Under the pieces are notes generated by a model. It saw only the letters and a program-made list of their open reading frames with translations. It ran no database searches and had not been told where the DNA came from. Below are positions 14,977-29,965 of a DNA stretch of 64,000 nucleotides, piece by piece. Both the position numbers and the translations under genes were made by a program. The stretch comes from the human T2T-CHM13v2.0 reference genome, Homo sapiens. How positions within the stretch are numbered: the stretch's first letter is position 1; each line of letters starts with the position of its first letter. The stretch lies in NCBI RefSeq assembly GCF_009914755.1, contig NC_060931.1; one strand, written 5' to 3'.

Positions 14977-17900
14977 CTAGGAAAATTTGCCATTTTCTTG
15001 TTAGGAAAAAAGTAGTTTGCACTGTAGAGAAGGTTTGCAGAGCCAGACTCATGGGATTTTTAAGGAGCTCTTTTCCAGCAACTAAAACTTACACAAAAAT
15101 AGGAGAGAGGCTCCTGGAAATAAAGAAAACGGAGTTATACCAATACATGGAGAGCAGGAATTAACCAACTCACAACACCTCTCATGACTCTCTGAGGTAT
15201 ATTTCTATTGAAGAGCACTGCTAGGCACTCTCTCATGACTACCAAGCAACTTCCACAACTATTCTGATGCAGCCAGCTGCGGGGGAGGCAAAGAACAAAA
15301 CTTGTGGTGGAGCACTACAAGAGTTCTTTTAAAATAACCTTCATTCTAATGCCACAGGGAAAGGCTTTTAAATGCAAAAACAGCTTCTGATATTCTTGTT
15401 ATAAGAAAAAGAGATATTTATTAACCTCATAATAAGATCGCATGCTACAAAAACACCTTCTTTGAGGCCAGATGCCAACTTTTTTCAAAGTATACACAAA
15501 GGTAATTTTAAAGTAGGAGAAAGATCTTACAACTGCAACATTCCCAAATTATCTCATTCAGGAAATATGAGCAATTACATAGGCCTTGATAGAGAAAAAT
15601 TACATGTTGAGCAAAATTCTGTAATACTAAAAACTATGCTCAATATTTAAAAACATGTATAAATTAAAGATGTACTCTGATACCTTCTCAAATATTGCTA
15701 GGTGAAAGCATTAATAGCAGCAATACTATATTTTCCTAATTTAAACGTAACAGTTTTCCTCTGGAATAATATAATTTTAAAATAAAGTTACATTTTATGA
15801 GAAATGTACAAAGAATCACATATAGGTATTTCATAATGTGACTTTGTACATAAAGGTGATAATACTGAGTCTCAGAAATATGTCAGGTCTTTTTTACTTA
15901 TATTGTAATTTTTTAAATTAACAACAATAACCATGAGTTACCTACATTTTCATCTGATCTCTCTTACCCAATAAGCACTTACAAATATGCAGTTATATAC
16001 AATTATTAATTATTGATGATGTACAAGAAACTAAAGAGAACTGATCCCTGACCAATCAAGAATAGGAACAAGTCATTTTCATGGCAAAGTTATGTATCAT
16101 TATTATTTTAACCTGAACTGTCAGTCATCATTTTGCTCTCAAGATGATCCAAATTACAGAATGGGACTAAACAAAAATTTTACAGTAAATTTTTTGTTTT
16201 AAAATGGTTTACCAGAAAAGATATCAGGAAGAAATGAACACAGGTGACTCCTAGAACTAATCTTATATTCACACTCTACTCATCATCCTGACAGACAGCT
16301 CTGTCTCTTGCCCTTAAGGTTGGGGCACCCAAAGATAAATGGCCATTTCTAAACCAGGAAAAGGGTGAAGAGCTGCCACTTGGGTGTTTACAGTGAGCCT
16401 CTGTCTGTACCTAATATATTGACTTACTACTCCTCTGAGAAGTTAAAAGCAGTCACTCTCATCTTACAGATAAAAGAACTGAAACGGCAAGAGTGGAAGC
16501 CTCTTTGCATAGCCCACATTAGCTCAGCACTCAGTACTCAGGCACACTTCTAGTTGCCAACAGTACAGGTTGCAAAAGGGAAATATAGACGTAACCAAAA
16601 ATCAGACCTGCCAGGTATGGTCAAAGATCGAGAAAAAAGGACTCAAAATAAAAAATCAACTTAAGCAAATTAAAGACACTGAGCAGTGTTGGGAAGCATT
16701 CTTACAATTCTAAAGGCATCCTTGACATTTAATCTAATACCAAGAAAAGCCCAAAAAGTAGTTTATGAAGCAATGCTCAGATGTCTGCCCAGACTTGAGA
16801 CTCGAGATTTCCCTTCCAAAAACCACCCATATGGACAGGTAAGGCGGCCAATTTTGCCTGACTCACTGCAGAATAGGAACTGTGACATTAACCTTGTACT
16901 ACTTGGAAGCCATTTCATTTGCAAAGTTGTTGCCATCAGGGAAGAAAAGCATTTCAAATGGAAGGCAGTGACCCTGAAAGGGTCATCATCAATCACCTGA
17001 GGTCAAAGACCTTCCAAATTGTAAGAAGAGGCAGGGGATAAGGAAAAGAGGGCAGAGCAAAGATCAAAAGGCCTTTGATGGGGGCTACCTACCTACACAA
17101 TAGGACCTGCAAAATGGAACTTCTCTGGAGTTTGAAACTTTCTGGCTTCTAAGGTGAGAGGTTTCAAGAAAGGTTTATCCTTTTTGTTTTTTTTAACTGG
17201 GGTAATTAATTTGAAGACTAGAGTCAGCAGATGGCAGAAGAGGCCCAGAGGCACAGGTTTCCATGTCTGCCAGTTTCACCGTCCACCTCAGCAGAGTACT
17301 AAATACTGTTTTCTTCATCTAGAGAGAGCATTAGTAGGGGAGAGGAGGGAAAACTCTGCCAGCTTTGCCGCTGCCAAATTATAAAGCAGCTGAGTTTGAA
17401 CTGCCTTGTGATACTGTATTTTAACTGATGCAGAAACACTGTTTCCTTCTCGTAGAAGGCAATCCCCGAAAGAACAGTTGAGAAGTCTCCTTCGGCCAAT
17501 GCCAGTGGAAAAGCAGTCAGGGTCTGTGGGATCCTTTCCATCAGTGATGACATACTCTCTGCTACTACTTCCATTGCTTAATGAACCTTAGATGGTTAAA
17601 GGAAAAGGTGGAGAAAGAAGGATTACCTGTTTCAGGCTGTCTCAGTGGGGGGAAACCTTGGCTAGAGGGGTGTGTGAATCAACTCCATTGGGTTGAGAGT
17701 CAGATGAAGAAAAGGGGCAACTTTAATTCAGGATGAAGCAGCAAAAGAGAGCTCTACTGAACCCTTCGTTATCTTTTTTGTGGTGTATTCCAGGAAAATC
17801 ATGAATCCTGAGTAGGCTTTGTCCTGGTGGCAGAATACCTTTCCCTGTTAGCTGGAGAATAGAGTACTTCAAGGATGCAAACAATGTGAGCCTTTCAAAA

Positions 17901-18164
17901 ATTCACGGAAGATGCTTATAAAAATAATTTATTATTTTAAGAAATAAAACATACAACAGAGCACTATAAATAATTTTCAGATTATGGGCTGTTTTGATTA
18001 GCCAAGCCCTAGATGCCTCCAGCCTACTCCCATTAGCATGGATAATTGAAAATCTGCTGTATTTCCATTTTAACGCAGTCTTGCTAATTCATGTCAGGCA
18101 CTAAGATGAGAAACCAAACCTTTGAGTGTTATTTCACCTAACAGGTATTGAGCATGTGGCACTA

Positions 18165-18341
<177 letters not shown>

Positions 18342-18814
18342 TCATTATCTCAGAAGAAAGTAAGATAGGTCAGAAGAAAGAAGAAGGTAGTTAAAGTCAA
18401 GGACAAGATTGAGAAAAGAAATGTGTTTTGAATTTTAAATACAGATTTTAAAACAGTACTACCTTTCTTATATCTTTAATAAACAATTGAGGGTTTTCAT
18501 TCAAGTATCCCCTAATAAAAGGATGTCATAGATATTTTAAATTAAGGCACATTGCTACAGCCCAACCTCATTAGTAACCTGTCTTTGGAAGGCCTGATCT
18601 GTAGATAGAGGAAAATGCCACTTGTAAGTCCCTGATCACATGCAGGTATGGGAAAAGAGTTCCCTTTACTCTTGCCCTACCTCACAGGTAGAAACTGATA
18701 ACTGGCATTGGGAAAGACTAGAGAAGACTTTGTCCTTTAACATTTCAAGATGGAAAATCAGAGAAAAGAGAATAGGAATAACAAAAGTGAAAATTTTTCT
18801 CTCATCCATGACTA

Positions 18815-18994
<180 letters not shown>

Positions 18995-19201
18995 TCATTG
19001 GGTTCTAAATCCATGATACAACTAAAATGTCAAGGAAAAAAGTAGGAATGGATTTCATAAGTTCTTATTAATAAAAAGATTTTAGTGCTATTAATGTTTA
19101 AAACCAAATTTCAATATAATCAAAACCATCCTTTGACAAAAATGATGTTATAAGCCTATTTTCAAATTCTCATTAAAAAAAATGCACAGTTAAAAACATC
19201 A

Positions 19202-19855
<654 letters not shown>

Positions 19856-20037
19856 TCAAATTGGCAGGTTTTTGGTTTGTATGTATTTTTGTTTTTGTTT
19901 TAAGTGGCAATACCCAGCCTGGCAAAAGTTGATAACAAGCCTTCTGAAATTTGCCATTAAAGCAAGCATAAATAGAGAGATGTTTAGTAATATACACCCA
20001 AACCCTTAAAATGTACATAACCTCTGAAGTTAGAATA

Positions 20038-20330
<293 letters not shown>

Positions 20331-23183
20331 AGTTAGGATAGAAGATAATCATGCATGTAACAAGCTACAAGAATGTAGCACTTAAAAAACATTTGTAGTA
20401 CTTATTGGAAATTTCGATTATTTCCCAAATTTTTGCTCTTTAAACAAAAAGAACAAAAATTTGGGAAATATTCTAAATGTCCAATAACGGAGGACTATAG
20501 CCTTTAAAAATAATAACTTTAAAACAAAACCCTATCATTCAAAATGATACTGTAAAAGAATATTTGATATTAAATGTTCACAAGGAATTATAAAAGAAAA
20601 CATAGGCTAAAAAGAGCATGGTAAGTAGATAGGTATTTGTCATATGATTCTTTGTACCTATTTAAATGTTTGACCTATTTCCTGGTAATTTTTTTAAAAA
20701 CAATTTTTAAGACTATATACAAAATGATGTCACTTTTTATTAAAAATGCTTGTAAGAGGTTTACATATATATGCATATAAAATTAATACTAATATTTTGC
20801 CTCCCTACCACCCAGAGATACTCAAAACATTTACAGTAGCTAAAACTAGGTGGCTGTATTACAGTTGATCGTTACTTTTTCTCTTTTTTTGTCCATCTTT
20901 TCTAAATTCATACTTCAGGTCAGTCAGTCATTGTTTTCTGGTTCTTTTGACCTATTATCCTCACAGTGTTTTTGATGCCAGAACATTTCAGAGTGCTGCA
21001 CTTCTCTGTCTGCATAAATAAAACAGTAATTTTATGTCACAGAGAGTTGTCAAATGAGGGTGACATATAGTCAGTGCTTAATAAATACCTGTTGAATGAA
21101 TACATACATTCAATAAAATTTGTTTTTCAGAATCCATGATAATTAAAATCAGTGAACAATGAAAATAATCAGCAACCCCAGCTATCAACCCACTGAATTT
21201 TAGTTGCTGTCAATGTAACACAATTCTAATACAATGAGATCATTTGGAATCTCCTTCAAAGTCACTTAACTGAAAATAGCTTTACATAGAAATATGCCTC
21301 TTTAAGATACAAAACATTTCTTTTGCAAATTCTATGAGTTGTTTCCAACTGTAGCCCTATATAGATGGAAATCAATAGTACCTTCATTTTGACAGATGCA
21401 TCCAAAAGAGAAGCAATATTTTATTTACAGGGATATAAATATGCAATACTTAGAAATGTTCTGGCATCAAAATAATGAGTGAAAATACTCTGAAAATTAT
21501 AGAGGGTGGGGGGAGGAGGGACCTACCACCACCATTAATTCCTCTCCTAAAAGACAAATGAAATCCTAGACTTTTATTTAACTTTTCCAAAGCCAGAACT
21601 GTAGCATGTTCTTGAAATGAGACAAAACTCTGCTCCTTCACTCCTCTGTCCAGGATAAATGCTACAAGTGCTGCACAGTGCTGGACAGGCAGCGCTGTGC
21701 CCACAGGTGGACGACCTCCCTTGCTTGAATTTGTCGGGCCCACTAGGGTTCATGCAGTAAAAAGCCTATTCCAGGTAAGGCCATTGTGAATTGCTCTAAA
21801 CCTCTAAGCGGCAGCGAATCATTTCCTGCTATAAATCTCATCAATCTGGTCTAACCCTTTCATGGCCAGTATCAACAAGCACCCATCATAAACTCTCAAA
21901 AGCTGCAAAGAGCATAAAGGAAAAATTGTGGGAAGCCGCTGCCAGCTGAAGAGTAGGAGGGATCTAAAAAAAACTTCTCTGCTTCTCTTAATCCCCAAAT
22001 TTCTACAATAGCTGGTGGCATACAGACGAAGAGATAATCATCTCCTAAGCAGTGTTAAAAATCAAAGGGAAGGGAGAGCAGTGTTGCTTCCACCTCTACA
22101 CGTGATTATAGTTATTTCTCCTGCACTCAGAGAAATCGGCTTCCTCTTTTAAGCAAGGCCAGCTGGTTTTCCAGAGGTGCTCGTTAGAATTTACTGAGCA
22201 CACACCCACTACTTTGACTTGCATGCTGCACACAAAACTCACCGCTGCATTTGGGTGGGAAAGAGCTAAAAGAAGGGGGCCCTGGCTCAAGGTCTGACAG
22301 TCCTAAAAGTGTAGCCTGCAGCAACCCATTGTGGTCACACTGGCGTCTCTGTACAAACCCAGAGCTCCATGCCAGAAACTGCGAAGTCTCACAGGATTCA
22401 GAGATGGCTCTGCCTAAAAGGAGAAATTTTTCTAAAAACGACACTCGCCTGTGAGTGGATTTATTTTACAAACACCATTTATTTTACTAACACATGCTAT
22501 GAAGGCTTTTCTTCTCTAATCCTGATCTACAGAAAGCTGGGTAAGAGTTAAAGGAGAAAGTTCCATGTCTTAAGTTTCTGACTCCCACAACTTCAAGAGA
22601 TTGGTTTCTGTTAACCATAAAATAAAATTTAGCATTCCTAAAATTGTTTCCACATAACTTATGAATCCTTTCACAGAGAAAATAGGTCTGAAAGCCTTTA
22701 AACTGTAACTCCAGACTAAACAAAATTATCTCATTTTGATATTCAGAAAAACGGAAGGCATGGCAGTTAGACGATGCGCTGATGAAGGGCTGCTCCACAG
22801 AGCAAAGACGGCTTTCATTTAGCAACGTGCAGCTGCCGACAGGCACAGTGACACCAACACGGGATTCTTTCGCTACATCTCTCAACATGAGACTTCAAGA
22901 AAGGAGAAAAGACCTCCTTCATGTTTTCGGAGCATTAGGCTTCTGGTGCAGTTAGGAAATCACTCCACCTTAGCAAGAAATGAGCAAATGCCAAATACCT
23001 GTTTATCACACCATTTCTAAGTAATTTCTCTTTACAGCCTTTAAAATTTATCTAGAGTTTTGGTGCAAAACAGAAAAATGGTTAAGTCAGATACCAATGC
23101 CGCAAAGGCAACTGCAAGTGGAACAGGGTTGGGGTATCCTGCTAAGGAAACCCCAGAATGCAAGTTTGCTCCTCTTTGCTCAC

Positions 23184-23268
23184 CTGCCTCTGGGCCTCAG
23201 CCAAGTTAAAGGGCAGAGTTCCCTCTTCCAGAGGAGCAATCCGTTCAATGTCTGCTAAGGTCATACGT
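23184..23268 (-). CDS. SLC25A13: SLC25A13 exon 9, 85 nt: [28 protein letters not shown]
   Basis: cccctacag|ACGTATG...AGGCAG|gtgagc. Confidence 0.98.
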
Positions 23269-23468
23269 CTGTAGGGGAAAAACAAACACAAGCAACAAAT
23301 ATACCAATTTATTACAATTTACATTATAAAATTTAAAAACATCCCTTTTTTCATTTCTCATATTTCAGTATAGCCTTCAGTTTGGCTTCTTTTTCTCCTG
23401 ATTGCTGCCCTCCTCCTAACCTCCTTTTATTAAGCTAATTCCAAAAAAAAAAAAAAAAAGCCAACTTA

Positions 23469-23579
<111 letters not shown>

Positions 23580-23943
23580 TTAAAAGGGAAAGATTCAAGA
23601 AGAAATAGCCACTAAATTCAGCATTAACTCAAGGCACTGGAATGAGTGAACATCACAAAACTTTATTATTATCATCAGTTGTAGAATTCAAGTCAATCCA
23701 AATAAGGTAAGAATTTTTGCAGTTCTTGCATCCATTTGGAAAGCGTGTGCAGAATATGTTCTTGAATATACAGTTTAAAAGCTTGGGGTCATCTGATGTT
23801 ATTCAAATTGCCAATCAGAGAAAATAAGGAATCATATATGAAACTTCATATGCATAGGTCCCAGGAGGGGAAGTTATATTAATCTAATTAACTGGTTAAA
23901 TTAGGATTATTAATTATATTAATTTAGGTGGTTATATTAATGA

Positions 23944-24277
<334 letters not shown>

Positions 24278-24429
24278 TCTGATTTTTTTTCTTAATCCCA
24301 TTACAATGCTGATAATATCCTGTCCCAAGCCTACAGACCAACTTACACTGTCACCAATGCAACTTTATGGAATTCCTCATATACACCTGAAGGCTTCCTT
24401 AGAGGTTGCCAATTTAGCTCAAGCTGTAG

Positions 24430-24820
<391 letters not shown>

Positions 24821-24992
24821 TGAAGATTGTTTTGTTTGCTTTTGTTTGTCTGATCAAAGGATGAAAAACACACGTTATCATATAGTTAATATGTGTCAAT
24901 GGGATAGAAAAATAATAAAGTACTAGTTGCCTTCTTCACCCTAATAATAATACACCACAATACTTGCAGGCTAGAATTCAGATATATTCTCA

Positions 24993-25181
<189 letters not shown>

Positions 25182-26199
25182 TTATAGATGATTCAGAAGT
25201 ACATACATCTAAAACTAGTTTGAAAGTAATCAAAAATGCATGTACAAGAAGAAATGACTATAAGTATTTTTCTTTTGCATTAAAAAAAAGCTATAAATGA
25301 TTTTTAGAAGCAACTGCAACTAATCATGACCAGAACTTGTACTCTCCATACACAACTCCTAGAAAACTAAATAAATACATGTGTAGGATTATAACAGGAC
25401 TAGTAGTAATTTAGAGTTCAAATTTCAATTGGAAATGTTTTATAAGTTGGTTTATTTCATCTAATGAGCAAATCTTAAAGGCTTAAACATGCAAAAACTA
25501 TAAGTACATATGCACACATGTGTGTGCTTATGCATGAAAAACTGTATTGTATCAATGCAAACATACTATGAAAAGTAGTCAATGTAACATTAATATCAAG
25601 ACTTGTCAAGTTACTTATAACCAGTAATAAATAATCATTTAGGTACAGACTTTACATTGGTGGGATTTCTAGCAAACAAGCATATTATGGTAAAATTATG
25701 AGATGCCATATACTTTCATGGGGGGTTAAGACTAGTAAAAATTCTGATAATCAGAATTTTTAAGAAACCATATTTCTTCACAGGGGACAAGGGAAACAGA
25801 CAGAATGTCCATTATGAATGAGACTTCAGTTTGGAGTTTCAAATTCTATCCTTCCCTAGCAAGGCAAAATATTTTTATTAGGAAAGCACTTCTTTACAAG
25901 GTAACAACCACATAAATCTTCACTTAGTAATCATTTAAAATAGCTGACATGAAAGTTTAGTATGGAGTAGAGAAGGGGGCGCCCAAGAAAAGGAGTTAGA
26001 TTAACACAGTGCCAGAATGGAAGAGGCCTCGTTGGAATACCATGTCTCTAGAACTAAGGACTTGGGGGAAGAAAGGAAACTGAAAGGCTACTCTGAGTTC
26101 CTGCCTATGGTAAGCACTGTGGGAAACCCAGATGATGGTGAAAACAGTATTCTCCCTGGGATTAACAAAAGGAGAGTTACCACGGGCTATTGGTCCTAA

Positions 26200-26370
26200 A
26201 ACTGAGTTATTACCAAAATCACCCAGAAGCTTTACAAAATTAGATTCTAAGACCTCATCGCCTATAGATGGTGTATGATAGGCCTAGAAGAGATCTCAGA
26301 ATCTGTAGTTTTAATAGTTTTTAGTGGTGATTCTGGTGCTCCACGAGCAGGGCTTAAGAACCACCACCAC
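26200..26370. mobile_element. MER5A-like hAT-Charlie DNA transposon fragment
   Basis: aatcacccagaagcttt...tcagaatctg...ggtgattctggtgc...ttaagaaccac. Confidence 0.6.
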
Positions 26371-26906
26371 AGAATGTTGCAGGACATCCCCAGGGCCCAT
26401 GAGGGAAGGACAGCAGCTGACACCTGGAGGAGGGAGGCTCCATGAAACACAACTGCAGGGCTCTGCTGTCACATGTAACTCTGTGGCCTCGACACATACA
26501 CGGTGAAAGGGAATCTAAGGTTTGGAGTTTCTGTTGTGCTAACTACTCTAACAAATGATATACATGTGCACTATTTTTTTTTTTTTTTGCCTTAGAGCAT
26601 CTAAGAAGATTAGCAAAAATCAGCCCTTGATATACTTCAAAATCTAAAACAAAATTAACATGAGATCACAAATCTGTTTTTCCTTTTATCTTTAAAAAGC
26701 TAATGTATTTCTCGAAGATATTCCGTATTACCCAGACAACAAATTAACCTACCCACTAAAACTAGCCAAAACACACTCTTTGTTTGAGTTTAGTAATGTA
26801 TGTGATCACATTAAAATGTTAGTGTTTGCAACAGAAAAAAAACACTACATAACTTATAAGAATTGTTTTTATAATTCCTTATTTACTGAGTTAAACCACT
26901 TCATTA

Positions 26907-27071
<165 letters not shown>

Positions 27072-27559
27072 CTACAAATAAAGAAAGTAAAATACTTAAT
27101 TTATGCTTCTCATTTAATAATTACTACAAATGACAGTTCATTTTAAAATCAGACTGAAGAAAGAGAGTTTACATCTTGATCTAACAAGCCCTCATCTGCC
27201 TAATAGCACCACCAAGCTACTGTCTCCTTCCAAGAGACAGAACTTTGCTCAGACCAATGAACATGTCTTGAGAAAGTGCACTCTACCTTACTCTGCTACC
27301 CAATGAAACCCAATTACTTCCGTGCTCTCTAGAGTCCATGAACACAAAGAAAATGAAAACCGGAATGAAGTGTTGTAGGTTCAAAGATCTGGCCAACCCC
27401 AGCTTAGGTGATGCAGATGATCTGAGGAAAAACACTGCCAGGGACTTTAACTTCTCTCCAAAGAAAAGAGAAAAATTCTTAACTGCAACCTGGTACCCAA
27501 ACACATGATGTAACAATAGATAGAAAAGAGTGGTGGTTCTTCTCTGCTATTTCTCCAAC

Positions 27560-27742
27560 ACAGGGTTTCTCAGCCTTGCCATTATTGGCATTTTGGACAG
27601 GGTAAGTCTTTATTACGGGAGGGCTGTCGTGTGTACCCCTATTCTCTTCCCACTAGATACAAGTAGCCCCTTCCCTCTAAGGTCATAACAATCAAAAATG
27701 TCTCTGCATAGAGCCATATGTCTTGATTAAGGACTACTGCTC
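27560..27742. mobile_element. MER20 DNA transposon
   Basis: cagggtttctcagccttgccattattggcattttgg...cccactagat...aacaatcaaaaatgtctc. Confidence 0.75.
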
Positions 27743-28040
27743 TAAGTAGTTGCATGGTATGTGGATCAGGGGAGGTAAACCTGTCATGGTATCATTGCAT
27801 ATGTTTAATTAAAATGATCTGAAGACAGAAAGTCCAATCACAGAGCTCTGTTGCTATTCCCAGGGGATAAGTGTGTACACAAAAGAAAACAGCCTCCCAT
27901 CAAAACTCACTGTGCACTATATGGAAGGAACATTCCTCCTGCAGAGAGCATTTTATTATCTTCCTCACAACACTCTGCTCATTTCCCAAACAGGGCCCTT
28001 GCAGTGACAGCTAACTTCTATGCAATTAAAAAGTAACACC

Positions 28041-28327
28041 AGCCAGACACAGTAGCTCATGCCTGTAATCCCAACACTTGAGGAGGCTGAGGTGGATGGA
28101 TCCCTTGAGCCCAGTAGTTCCAGGCCAGCCTGGGCCACATGGCAAAACCCCATCTCTACAAAAAAAAAAAAAAAGAAATTTGCCAGGCATGGAGGTGCAT
28201 GCCTGTAGTCCCAGCTACTTGGGAGACTGGGGTGAGAGGATCACCTGAGCCTGGGGAGGAGGAGGTTGCAGTGAGCTGAGATCATGCCGCCACACTCCAG
28301 CCTGGGTGACAGAGTGAAACCTTGTCT

Positions 28328-28366
<39 letters not shown>
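28041..28366 (+). mobile_element. AluJ with 38-nt A tail, TSD AAAAAG(T/G)AACACCA
   Basis: cttgagccc and ggatcacctgagcctgg J features; direct repeats. Confidence 0.93.
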
Positions 28367-28368
<2 letters not shown>

Positions 28369-28779
28369 AACACCAACAGGGCTCTCAAAAACTTCAAATT
28401 ATTTGAATATAATGGAGTTTTTTTAGACGATATTAAGAAATTAATTTTTAATTTTAGTGAGATAATGACATCGTATTTATTCAAGTTATGTAAAAAATAA
28501 TTGTCCTTATGAATTTGTGCAAACTAAAGTGTAAGGGAAATGACATGAGTCTGATACTGCTTTAAAGTACTCGATCTTCCTTTCCTTCCCCAGAAAGGCA
28601 GGGAGATGAAAGAAGAAATACAGTATTTGCAATAACGGAAGCCAAATAGCAGTTGCATGATGGGTCATTATAGTCTTCTACTTTTGCAGTTTGAAAATGT
28701 CTACATTTAAAATATTTTAAAGATAAGACATTTAATAGTAAGAATCAGAGTTCTTATCCTATTTAAAAGAATCTCCTCA

Positions 28780-29965
28780 TTTGTAGCCATCTGCCAGTTT
28801 CGAACCAGCCTGCCTCAGCTGAAACTCTCTTCTGGGATCCCAGTCTTTCTGGAGCCTCCACCACTGGCTCCTTAAATGGGAAGCATCTGTTGGCCCTCTG
28901 TCCTCACATCTTCTCACTCTACTCTCCTAGACAGAGTGCTCTCTCTCTTAAGCCCTCAAGGATTTCTTAAAAGCTAAGGCTTAACTCCCATATTCAAGTC
29001 TCATTCCTTTCTGCTGGACCAGAATTTCTGTTTAGAGAATATATCCACGTGGGTATCGTGTAAAGGCCATAAAATGACACATCGCTAACCCCATATTGTA
29101 GATCCCCCAACCCAGTGCTCAAACCTGGTCTCTCTTCTATGTTCACAGCTTAATTATTAGGCATGTAGTTTTATTGGCCACCTCACCTAGAAAGCTGTCA
29201 TTCTGAATTGTTCAAGCTTCCTTTCTCCCAGAGTAAACCAGTTACCAAATTCTGTCCCTTAGGCCTTTGAAAGTTTGCCCAAATGCACCTTTTCCTTTTT
29301 GTTCCTGATGCTACTGGTTCAGACTTTCCTCAGACCTCATCTAAATTATCACTGAGAGTCAGTGGTTCTGACTGTCAGTCTGGAGCTTGGGCTTGCAGTC
29401 TGGACCTCTGTGGTCTACCATGCACACATAAAAAGTTGCTTTTCAGAATTAAAAACCTGACTCCCTCCCCCTCCATGGAAATCTCCAATGACCCTTCATC
29501 ATACAGACCCGTCTCTGAAGCAAGGCATACAAGCCCCCAGAGGAACTAGTCTTAGCCTCATCTCCTATCACCCATGCCCACCCCTGCCAGACCTGCCACA
29601 CACCTGGGCTTTTGCCCACATCGTTACTTCCACCTAGTGTAGACTGCTGCCCCTTTCTCCAGCTCCTGAAATCCTGCCACTTCCTTTAAGCTTAGCTCAA
29701 ATGGTACCACTTAGGCAAATATAACCAGGCCTTATAACTGGAAATAACTGATGTCCCTTCCGGTGGCCCCCTGTCTGAATATCAATTATAAAACTTGTCT
29801 TATTTGATCTTACATCATAATCAGTTATTCACATTCCTGCCTTTACACCTACCTTACCAAGGAAAAGACAGTATAACCTTTTGAAGTCCTGTAAGCATCT
29901 ACTTACATTTATACATGCAGCTCAGCAGAATGCTTTAGATGTATAGTAGGTGCTCAATAAATGAC
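28780..29965 (+). mobile_element. Degenerate L2 3' region
   Basis: Pyrimidine-rich L2-like body ending tagtaggtgctcaataaatg. Confidence 0.6.

Noticed and set aside
22487-22888. 133-aa minus ORF in intron 9 with a nearby acceptor-like site at 22893
   Set aside because: Splicing from exon 9 enters a different frame that stops after about 25 codons; no recognisable homology.
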